Counted from the stretch's first letter, positions 9,460 to 15,360 are shown. The stretch is 24,000 nt of DNA from Patescibacteria group bacterium (GCA_030917065.1 JAUPVL010000042.1:2419-26418); one strand, 5' to 3'. Numbers and translations: made by a program. The notes: generated by a model not told the origin, from the letters alone.

Positions 9460-10380
9460 ATGCTTATATACTTATATGGAGAAAACCAATACGCTATCAA
9501 GCAAAAGATAGACGGCATCAAACGACAATATATCGATAAGACAGGGGGAGACGCCGATATGCAGACATTTGATATGTCGGAGCATAGTCTGTCTGATTTA
9601 TTGAATGCTTTTAGCGTAATGCCAATGTTCGTGAGTAGTCGATTGTTTGTGTTGCGCAATTTGGATATTCTGAAGCTCTCCAAAGACAAGCTAGACAAGC
9701 TTATCAGTTCCATATCAGATAGTACCAATGTAGTAGTGGTAGACACCAAGCCAGACAAGCGCAGCGTGTATTTCAAGACTATCACAAAGCTCAAGAATGC
9801 CAAATATTTTGGTCAGCTCACCCCTCAGCAGTTAGTCAATTGGATAAGGGAGAGGGCCAAAGAACTAGGTGGAGATATTGATAACACAGCTGTGAGCCTA
9901 CTAATAGATAGGGTGGGCAACGATCAATGGCAACTCGATCAAGAACTCCAAAAGCTCACAAATAATAACTCCCATATTTCTAAGGAAAGTATTGAGCAAT
10001 TAGTTGTTCCAAATTTGAGTAACTCAGCATTTATGATGATAGACGCCATCATCCGCAAAGACACCAAGAAGGCAGCATCTATATATGAGAGTCTGATAGT
10101 GCAAGGCGAGGCTGATCAGATGATACTTGGCGCCATCACCTATCAATATCGCATATTGGTACTAGCTAAGGATAATGCAGGAAAGAGTAGCGACTGGCAA
10201 AATGAGCTAGGTATTTCGCCGTATGCTGCTACCAAAGCTCAAAATCTCATCAAGAATATAGAAATGGGGCAACTAAGATCTGCATACCAAAGTATCATTG
10301 ATACTGATATGGTCATCAAGACTGGTGCGCTCAACTCAAATGATGCACTAAGAGATCTGATACTGAAATTATCTACGTAG
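9460..10380 (+). CDS. holA: DNA polymerase III delta subunit
   Basis: HolA-like layout: the LYGEN N-terminus, MPMFVSSRLFVLRN, LVNWIRERAKELGGDIDNTAVSLLIDRVGNDQWQLDQELQKL, and FMMIDAIIRKDTKKAASIYESLIVQGE...QYRIL. Size is 306 aa. Confidence 0.75.
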   Translation: MLIYLYGENQYAIKQKIDGIKRQYIDKTGGDADMQTFDMSEHSLSDLLNAFSVMPMFVSSRLFVLRNLDILKLSKDKLDKLISSISDSTNVVVVDTKPDKRSVYFKTITKLKNAKYFGQLTPQQLVNWIRERAKELGGDIDNTAVSLLIDRVGNDQWQLDQELQKLTNNNSHISKESIEQLVVPNLSNSAFMMIDAIIRKDTKKAASIYESLIVQGEADQMILGAITYQYRILVLAKDNAGKSSDWQNELGISPYAATKAQNLIKNIEMGQLRSAYQSIIDTDMVIKTGALNSNDALRDLILKLST

Positions 10381-10388
10381 TATAGTTT

Positions 10389-10416
10389 TTGTAAGATTGT
10401 TCAGGTATGTTATTCT
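10389..10416 (+). promoter_or_regulatory. Possible promoter directly after the holA stop
   Basis: TTGTAA (10389-10394), a 16-nt spacer ending in TGt, then TATTCT (10411-10416). This is a weaker match than the other island promoters. Confidence 0.3.
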
Positions 10417-10628
10417 AAAGCTGATACTACAAAAGTATAGAACCTCTAGAGTAGAAAGGCATTGCTACATGGAGCATGTAGGCAGTAGCGAAATACAATC
10501 ATTGCTTGTCCTCGTTAAGCCGAAAAGCATAATTTGTTCAGAGTGTCACGGAGTCGCAGTTTTAGATCAACACAAATCCAATTGTTCTCGTTGGATTTCG
10601 CCCAGCGCATACAAAAAGGAGAACGGTC

Positions 10629-10856
10629 ATGGATAAAGATTTGGAGCGCACACTTGATGCCGAAGAACGGGCGGGATGTCTTGGTGTTTTGCAGTTTGTT
10701 GCCGCTATTGTTGCAACGGGTTGTGTACTTTTCGCCGATATCTGGTGGCTGACTCGTGTGGCTTATGTAGTTATTGCTATTGGTATGTGGCTGGGTGCAT
10801 GGCGCAATCTCACGAATCCATGGCGACTTATAGATCGTAAGGATAACAATGACTGA
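10629..10856 (+). CDS. Small two-helix membrane protein (75 aa), hypothetical
   Basis: SD AAGGAG with 7-nt spacing precedes ATG 10629. Two hydrophobic helices (CLGVLQFVAAIVATGCVLFA, VAYVVIAIGMWLGAW). Its stop overlaps the next start (ATGACTGA, 10849-10856), implying translational coupling. Confidence 0.55.
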   Translation: MDKDLERTLDAEERAGCLGVLQFVAAIVATGCVLFADIWWLTRVAYVVIAIGMWLGAWRNLTNPWRLIDRKDNND

Positions 10857-11226
10857 TCAAGAAAACCCGTCTTTTGATGATTGGGCAACTCGAGTGAAGC
10901 CCAGTGAGTACGCAGAGTATCTTGGAGGACACTTCCGTCGACCTTGGATGTCAAAAGTCGACCTAGCTGACCGAGCATTAATTGCATCTTTTCTAGAAAT
11001 GCAGATGCCTGATGGTCGTACTATCGCACATTGGTTGGATGAATTACCTGAGGCGGAGGACGAAATACGCCTCTTGCGGGCCGAGAACGAAGAAGCCCGC
11101 CATGCCATCAATGAGGCGCTTGGGTGTGCGTTCATTCATCACATGTGCGAATGCGGTGATACTGTGAATTGCGGTGTATGCCACATGGTTGCTCGGCTAC
11201 AGGCGTCGTCAGGGAGACAGTCCTAG
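10849..11226 (+). CDS. Hypothetical 125-aa protein with a C-terminal Cys/His cluster (putative Zn site)
   Basis: It overlaps the upstream ORF by 8 nt. It contains the acidic helix ELPEAEDEIRLLRAENEEARHAINEA followed by HHMCECGDTVNCGVCH. No family recognised. Confidence 0.5.
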   Translation: MTDQENPSFDDWATRVKPSEYAEYLGGHFRRPWMSKVDLADRALIASFLEMQMPDGRTIAHWLDELPEAEDEIRLLRAENEEARHAINEALGCAFIHHMCECGDTVNCGVCHMVARLQASSGRQS

Positions 11227-11360
11227 AATAAATATAGTCGTCAAAGAGTAGTAATATTTGGTCAGTAATGACCATCTAGCTCTTTGGCGGCGTCTATCTA
11301 AAACTTCTTAGTTTTACTGATGAGCTCTAGATAAGGGCGAAATAGACAAACAAAACAAAG

Positions 11361-11385
11361 ACTCGAGTGATTCTCGAGTTTTTTA
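11361..11385. terminator. Bidirectional intrinsic terminator between island B and rpsT
   Basis: actcgag (11361-11367) pairs with ctcgagt (11373-11379). A T6 run follows on the + strand and an A-rich run (caaaacaaag) precedes it, which reads as a T-rich run on the - strand. Confidence 0.65.
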
Positions 11386-11403
11386 GAGGTTATTGAGGCT
11401 TTA

Positions 11404-11808
11404 TTATTTCTTCTTTGCTACAGTTTTCTTAGGAGTATCTTTTTTGGTAGATACTTTGGCTTTGGGTTTTGTAGCGGTTTTCTTGGTTACTTTTTTCTTT
11501 GAGCTTTTTGCACCTGGTTTACCAGGATTTTCAGTACCATACGGCTTGGCTGCAGTGGCGTTATAGGCTTTGGTGAGGCGAGACTTACGTCGGGCTGCAG
11601 TACGCTTGTGCAATACGCCTTTTTTGACTGCTAGGTCTATCTCAGCAACAGCTTTGACAAGATCGGCATTGGATTTTACAGAGCCTTGAGCAATTTGTTC
11701 CTTTACAAGCTTTATTTGCTTCTTTACAGCAGTTTTGACGTCGACATTGTACTCTCGACGCTTTTCGGCTTGTTTCATTCTTTTCTTGGCTGATTTGATT
11801 ATTGGCAT
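11404..11808 (-). CDS. rpsT: 30S ribosomal protein S20 with a Lys-rich C-terminal extension
   Basis: MPIIKSAKKRMKQAEKRREYN ... LHKRTAARRKSRLTKAYNA is the S20 core. About 45 extra residues follow, rich in K/T/A (PGAKSSKKKVTKKTATKPKAKVSTKKDTPKKTVAKKK). Confidence 0.9.
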   Translation of the reverse strand: MPIIKSAKKRMKQAEKRREYNVDVKTAVKKQIKLVKEQIAQGSVKSNADLVKAVAEIDLAVKKGVLHKRTAARRKSRLTKAYNATAAKPYGTENPGKPGAKSSKKKVTKKTATKPKAKVSTKKDTPKKTVAKKK

Positions 11809-11848
11809 ATCTAATATAAATTCTATAATTTAATAAGTAACAGATGAA

Positions 11849-11877
11849 AGTATATCTCAAAAATTGCTTCTTGTAAA
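11849..11877 (-). promoter_or_regulatory. rpsT promoter
   Basis: On the minus strand: TTTACA (11877-11872), a 17-nt spacer, then TATACT (11854-11849). Confidence 0.5.
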
Positions 11878-11919
11878 GAGTAGAGTAGTAAAAATTATCT
11901 AATATATTGTTGACATATA

Positions 11920-11948
11920 TTGACAACAACCGAAAAACGTGCTACACT
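11920..11948 (+). promoter_or_regulatory. Promoter of the TrmB-like gene (probably a leaderless mRNA)
   Basis: TTGACA (11920-11925), a 17-nt spacer ending in TGc, then TACACT (11943-11948). ATG 11955 begins 6 nt after the -10 and there is no SD. A second TTGACA lies at 11910-11915. Confidence 0.55.
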
Positions 11949-11954
11949 AAGCAT

Positions 11955-12716
11955 ATGCAAATTATAGAACTAGCAACCAAACTCCAATCTGTTGGGCTTA
12001 GCGAAAAGCAAGCTCGAGTTTATGTTGCTGCACTGTTTTTGGGCCCTAGTGCCGTACAAAAGATCGCCGAGCAAGCCGAGATCAATCGAGCCACTACCTA
12101 TGTGATACTGGACGAACTGGCTGCTATGGGGCTAGTAAGCGAATCTACAGAAGGTAAGAAGACAGTATTTGTGGCCGAGCCACCTCAGTCGATTGAGCGC
12201 TACCTAGATGCACAGAACAAGCAGATATCTGATAAGCAAGACGAACTCAAGAACATCTTGCCTAGCCTCAAAGAAGTGTCGAGATCATCTGACGGAGTAG
12301 AGACTCCAGTAGTAAGGTTTTATAAGGGTATTGAGGGCTTAAGATCTAAGACTAGTATTTATGCTAGAAAAGCAAAACCAAAGAGTATGGTGTATGGATT
12401 TTCAAATTTCGATCAGGTATTAAAAGAATTTCCAGATATACTGCAATCTGGACCTAGTCTTAGGAGTAGAAAAAAAATATCGAGTAAATTAATCTATTCA
12501 CTTAGCGATGGCGAAATCAGATCTGACAAAAAACTGTTAAGAGAAACGAGAAAGATAGATCAACCTATCAGTGCAGACATCAATATATATGAAAATGCAG
12601 TTGTAATATCTACATACAAAGGCAAAGACTCCGTAGGTGTAGCTATCGAGAGCAAAGATATAGCTAGTGCCATGAAGCAATTATTTGAGATGGCCTGGAA
12701 AAATAGTAACAAATAG
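11955..12716 (+). CDS. TrmB-family (winged-helix) transcriptional regulator
   Basis: N-terminus LQSVGLSEKQARVYVAALFLGPSAVQKIAEQAEINRATTYVILDELAAMGLVSE is the TrmB-type HTH, followed by a coiled-coil (QNKQISDKQDELKNILPSL) and a C-terminal domain. I prefer ATG 11955 over track start 11907, which would overlap the promoter. Confidence 0.7.
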   Translation: MQIIELATKLQSVGLSEKQARVYVAALFLGPSAVQKIAEQAEINRATTYVILDELAAMGLVSESTEGKKTVFVAEPPQSIERYLDAQNKQISDKQDELKNILPSLKEVSRSSDGVETPVVRFYKGIEGLRSKTSIYARKAKPKSMVYGFSNFDQVLKEFPDILQSGPSLRSRKKISSKLIYSLSDGEIRSDKKLLRETRKIDQPISADINIYENAVVISTYKGKDSVGVAIESKDIASAMKQLFEMAWKNSNK

Positions 12717-12729
12717 TTGTTGCAATATA

Positions 12730-12758
12730 TTGACAAAATGTAAGTATTTTGGTATACT
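12730..12758 (+). promoter_or_regulatory. Near-consensus promoter with no gene behind it
   Basis: TTGACA (12730-12735), a 17-nt spacer ending in TGg, then TATACT (12753-12758). It starts 14 nt after the TrmB-like stop. Confidence 0.6.
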
Positions 12759-13058
12759 TCTCTTTGTCAGGCCAACGTACCATGTTTGAGTGATAGCTAA
12801 GACTCAGTCGAAAGAACGTCCAATGCTGCTTAAAACAGAGTGCAGAGGTCGCCGAGAAGTCCTCGGCATAGACACGAGCAATGGAGAGATACCGTGGACG
12901 CTGCCTTCTCCACCACCTGAACATTTCCGGCTCCGCCGGCGCAACCAACACATTTCTGACTGAACCCACGCGACGCAAGTCGTAGACACGAGCGAAAGCT
13001 CGCAACACCAAACGGTTCTGTCGGGAACTAACTGGACCAGTCATTGGTCCTTCGTCTA

Positions 13059-13095
13059 GGGCTCGGTGCCCCCGTAACTTGAGGGCACCGAGCCC
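13059..13095 (+). repeat. 13-bp hairpin related to hairpin b of the 3' T modules
   Basis: gggctcggtgccc (13059-13071) pairs with gggcaccgagccc (13083-13095). It shares the GGCYCG...CGRGCCC frame with 15324-15349 and 15930-15953. CTACA follows twice (13099-13103 and 13113-13117). Confidence 0.55.
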
Positions 13096-13116
13096 AGACT
13101 ACACTTCGATAACTAC

Positions 13117-13141
13117 AACCAGGCATTATGCCTGGTTTTTT
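13117..13141 (+). terminator. Intrinsic terminator ending the candidate ncRNA
   Basis: aaccaggca (13117-13125) pairs with tgcctggtt (13129-13137) and runs into a T6 tract (13136-13141). Confidence 0.75.
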
Positions 13142-13258
13142 CGTACAAAATGATACAAATAGCCAATTTAATGTAATTATTAATATATCTATGACACTAA
13201 ATACACGTGTTTTAACAGGTATAGAGCTATATAAATACAAATAAACTGACAAAAACTA

Positions 13259-13287
13259 TTGACAAGTTTTAATATATTTGCTATACT
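13259..13287 (+). promoter_or_regulatory. Near-consensus promoter of the second island unit
   Basis: TTGACA (13259-13264), a 17-nt spacer ending in TGc, then TATACT (13282-13287), inside an AT-rich spacer (13142-13330). Confidence 0.6.
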
Positions 13288-13339
13288 ACCAATCAGTTCT
13301 TTGAAGTGCCAATTTCCAAAACCTTTATAGGGGGATTCT

Positions 13340-13531
13340 GTGGCTAGCACGTTCACTCGCAAGTGTGGCATGGCCACTCGCACTCCTTCTGCCTTGACTT
13401 GGGCAGTCGTGGTCGAGTGCGGCAACGGGGAGGTGCACTACTTCGAACGTAGTGCTTGCCACCCCGACGCCGTCGTGGCGTACATCCAGCGGGAGTTTCC
13501 CGACTGTGACTACGTCATGGCTCTGGCCTAA
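13340..13531 (+). CDS. Hypothetical 63-aa protein with high-GC codon usage
   Basis: GTG start preceded by GGGGGA (13330-13335). GC3 is 47/63 (75%) with only 2 A-ending codons, a coding signature typical of a high-GC donor. No family recognised. An alternative ATG start lies at 13370 without an SD. Confidence 0.5.
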   Translation: MASTFTRKCGMATRTPSALTWAVVVECGNGEVHYFERSACHPDAVVAYIQREFPDCDYVMALA

Positions 13532-14441
13532 CGACTTCGGATCGGGGGCTTGATAAGTCCTGGCAACAGAAGCCTGTAGAGTGAGCAAAAAGAAGCTCTA
13601 TAGACACTATCCGAGTATGCTCTCGACAAAAGCCGCCTGGTAGTAGGCATTGAAGCCCGAGCAATCGAGCAACTACCAACCTCGTCTGATATATCAGACG
13701 AGGAGCAAGTCTGCTGGTAAAGTGCCAGCACTGATGAGCCCGAACTATCTAGTTCAACTAGGGCGAAACTGCACTTTGTAAATACTAATTCTGTGGATGT
13801 GGCCAGTGCTACATATTAAAACATACCAATAGCAGATTGGCCGCCCACAGAAATGGTAAATACAATATCCGAACCTTGTCATTATGAGCAGTAGCTTTCG
13901 AACCGAGTATATAGGTATATATATTTAGTTCGAAAGCTATGTGCTTTCAAAAAGATAGTAAGGTCACAGCAAATGGCGGGACTGCTGCCTCACTGATGAC
14001 CTGCCTGTAGTATGCGCGTTTCCCGACACGATCGGGCCGATGCATCTACGGGCGAAATCATGAACTGATATATATGAGAGTATATATCAGCTTCAACTGC
14101 TTGGGTGTCGCAGCTCTTCGTGAAAGCGGATGAGCGCCACCCGAGCAGGATATCGCTGCCACAACAATCTGGTCGGAGAGGCATCAACTTCGACGCACTG
14201 CTCAAAACGGCGTCAAGTCGGGTGAGAGTGGTGTTCTGCGTACGTCCTTCGCAGACAGTAGGGAGGTAATAATTGATCCGAGCCCGTGCAGAATCCTGCG
14301 CCGCAAACAACGCGACTCTGATAAGAGTGGGTAAAAAAAAGTCGGATCCGGGGACCCTAGTGGCCAATGATGATGTTCCTTCCCCGGTGCACGAGTGGGT
14401 GAAACCACGAGTGTTCATGAAAGGGAACGTCAAGCTCGCGG

Positions 14442-14484
14442 CAGCTCGTCGCTCTCCGTCAGTAGACGGATTGAGCGCAGCTGC
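14442..14484. repeat. Hairpin module H, copy 1 (43 nt)
   Basis: Sequence cagctcgtcgctctcc-gtcagtagac-gga-ttgagcgcagctgc. It folds as cagct/agctg + cgctc/gagcg + tccgtc/gacgga with loop agta. Confidence 0.7.
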
Positions 14485-15005
14485 CCATATTGCGGAACCC
14501 GTCCACGACCTTGCCAGTCGCCTGGTAAGATAGTAGATACGTTGTTCTGCGAGGTCTGAGTCAATCGCCACCCAAAAAGGTAACGTGGGGTTGAAACACC
14601 CCTGGCGGTAAGATCCCGAAAGAGCTGACGTAATGCTCGAAAAAATGTGCTAACATAGGCCTTTTTCCTTACGATAAAATTCAGATAGTCGTGAGGTCGT
14701 CCACCCCTTTGGGGTCCCACTAGTTGGGGCTCCGGAGGGTCTCAACAAGAGAGCTTGAATTATCAAGCTTTGCTGCTGAGACCCTAAAAAGTCTCGAACC
14801 TTGTCATTTGATGTTAAGATTTTGCTGGATGGAGCATAGAAGTGCAGATGTAATCCAGCTACTAGGGTGTCAGTGCGCACATAAGACCCCCTTCTGAGAA
14901 GTGACTAGAGTGGACTGCCCAAACGCAGACAGCTAGACAACTTTGTCAACTCAGATTAAACCAAAAAAAGCCGATAACGCTCCAATAATTCGGCCCATAT
15001 CGCGA

Positions 15006-15048
15006 CAGCTCGTCGCTCTCCAGAGTCATCTGGATCGAGCGCAGCTGC
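15006..15048. repeat. Hairpin module H, copy 2 (43 nt)
   Basis: Sequence cagctcgtcgctctcc-agagtcatct-gga-tcgagcgcagctgc. The outer arms match copy 1 except for one position. The inner stem is tccaga/tctgga, so three base pairs changed on both strands. It lies about 65 nt upstream of ATG 15114. Confidence 0.7.
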
Positions 15049-15113
15049 TAAATCCTTGAGTTTCAATCCCGCGACTCAAGCTCGTACCACACAACACCAC
15101 TGAAGGAGGTGAA

Positions 15114-15311
15114 ATGGACGAGACCAACGACCTCGACGGCATGATCCAGGCGGCGGATCTCATGCTCACGGTCATGATGGCCGAGGGCATGACCCCCGCA
15201 GAGATCTGCCTGGAGTTCTTCGCGATGGGCCACGAGAGTGGCCACATCTGCGCACAGGCGCACGAAGAGCCCCTCGAGGACGACCCCAAGGTGTCCGCCG
15301 GCTACCTGTAA
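15114..15311 (+). CDS. Hypothetical acidic 65-aa protein with very high GC3
   Basis: A perfect SD AAGGAGGTGA (15103-15112) precedes ATG 15114. GC3 is 60/65 (92%). Local GC is 36/60 at 15121-15180. No family recognised. Confidence 0.65.
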   Translation: MDETNDLDGMIQAADLMLTVMMAEGMTPAEICLEFFAMGHESGHICAQAHEEPLEDDPKVSAGYL

Positions 15312-15360
15312 GTGCCGGCACCCGGCCCGAATCTTCACAGATTCGGGCCCCTACCAAAGA
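15288..15360 (+). repeat. 3' module T, copy 1 (two hairpins + CTACC motifs)
   Basis: Sequence aaggtgtccgccggctacctgtaagtgccggcacccggcccgaatcttcacagattcgggcccctaccaaaga. Hairpin a is gccggc (15297-15302)/gccggc (15314-15319), with the ORF stop TAA in its loop. Hairpin b is ggcccgaatct (15324-15334)/agattcgggcc (15339-15349). CTACC occurs at 15302-15306 and 15351-15355. Confidence 0.7.

Larger units (their letters stand above)
12765..13141 (+). ncRNA. Candidate structured ncRNA (about 375 nt), family unknown
   Basis: Bounded by the 12730 promoter and two 3' hairpins, with GC about 55%. GNRA-capped helices: cgac-GCAA-gtcg (12971-12982) and cgagc-GAAA-gctcg (12989-13002). Other stems: gccgag/ctcggc (12851-12867) and ggacca/tggtcc (13034-13050). 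The only + strand ORF is 46 codons (12823-12963), has no SD, and its GC3 of 54% matches bulk GC. Confidence 0.45.
13532..15060 (+). other. 1.5-kb GC-rich stretch with no credible ORF and many hairpins (candidate large structured RNA, long leader, or decayed foreign DNA)
   Basis: No SD-led ORF with codon bias was found. The longest - strand ORF (13990..14571) has a GTG start, no SD and GC3 about 50% over the first 37 codons checked, below bulk GC. Long perfect stems: 13680-13703 (24-nt palindrome), 13892-13903/13928-13939 (12 bp), 14065-14074/14081-14090 (10 bp), 14348-14354/14380-14386 (7 bp), and nested 14737-14743/14778-14784 around 14752-14769. The strand of any transcript is not established. 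Confidence 0.35.

Noticed and set aside
10357-10440. Possible degenerate duplication of the holA 3' end (ctgatact...gtagtatag versus ctgatact...gtatag)
   Set aside because: Only 8 and 6 nt match, with indels between them. Unlike the ABC/ASCH case, the reading frame and stop are not regenerated. This could be chance in AT-rich sequence.
10397-10636. 79-aa ORF in the leader of island B, and the overlapping 72-aa ORF 10534..10752
   Set aside because: Neither has an SD. Both overlap the better-supported 10629 ORF and the leader hairpins, and the first has a non-ATG start.
12664-13044. 126-aa minus-strand ORF across the candidate ncRNA and into the TrmB-like gene
   Set aside because: It overlaps the 3' end of a well-supported gene and the consensus promoter. 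The sequence is Arg-rich with no SD, and it runs against the promoter/terminator orientation.
11335-14057. GGGCGAAA 8-mer preceded by CTA at 11335-11342, 13761-13768 and 14050-14057
   Set aside because: All three copies lie in island sequence, which is suggestive. But an 8-mer in GC-rich DNA is too short to separate from chance without genome-wide counts.
14273-14533. 86-aa + strand ORF with GGGAGG 6 nt upstream of a TTG start
   Set aside because: The SD-like sequence is tempting, but TTG starts are rare. GC3 is 48/86 (56%), equal to bulk GC, and the ORF reads straight through the palindromic H module. I kept it as unresolved rather than a feature.
13990-14571. 193-aa minus-strand ORF, the longest ORF inside the GC-rich stretch
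   Set aside because: It has a GTG start with no SD. GC3 over the first 37 codons is about 50%, below local bulk GC and opposite to the pattern in the real island ORFs. Its composition is the R/S/A/L-rich kind typical of random translation of GC-rich DNA.
14770-14835. Partial resemblance to a TPP riboswitch (CTGAGA ... ACCC ... GAACCT)
   Set aside because: Only the short core words match. The P4/P5 pyrophosphate-sensing half (CUGAUC-GG-UAAUACC-GCG-AGGGA) is absent. The GAACCTTGTCATT part is itself a repeat found at 13870. No thiamine gene lies downstream.
12765-15060. Known housekeeping RNAs (RNase P RNA, tmRNA, SRP/4.5S, 6S) as the explanation for the GC-rich noncoding sequence
   Set aside because: I looked on both strands for GGAAAGUCC paired with ACAGAA-CCGGCUUA, a tRNA-like T-arm plus a CCA 3' end with a tag ORF, and the SRP GGAA/AGCAGCC motif. 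Only isolated fragments turned up (ACAGAACC on the minus strand at about 13013-13020, TCTCCACCA at about 12908-12916), in the wrong context. This was a by-eye search, so Infernal should still be run.
13532-15060. Group II (or group I) intron
   Set aside because: There is no GUGYG 5' end paired with a domain V-like 34-nt helix. The best candidate at 14281-14307 does not close. There is no reverse transcriptase or maturase ORF and no interrupted host gene.
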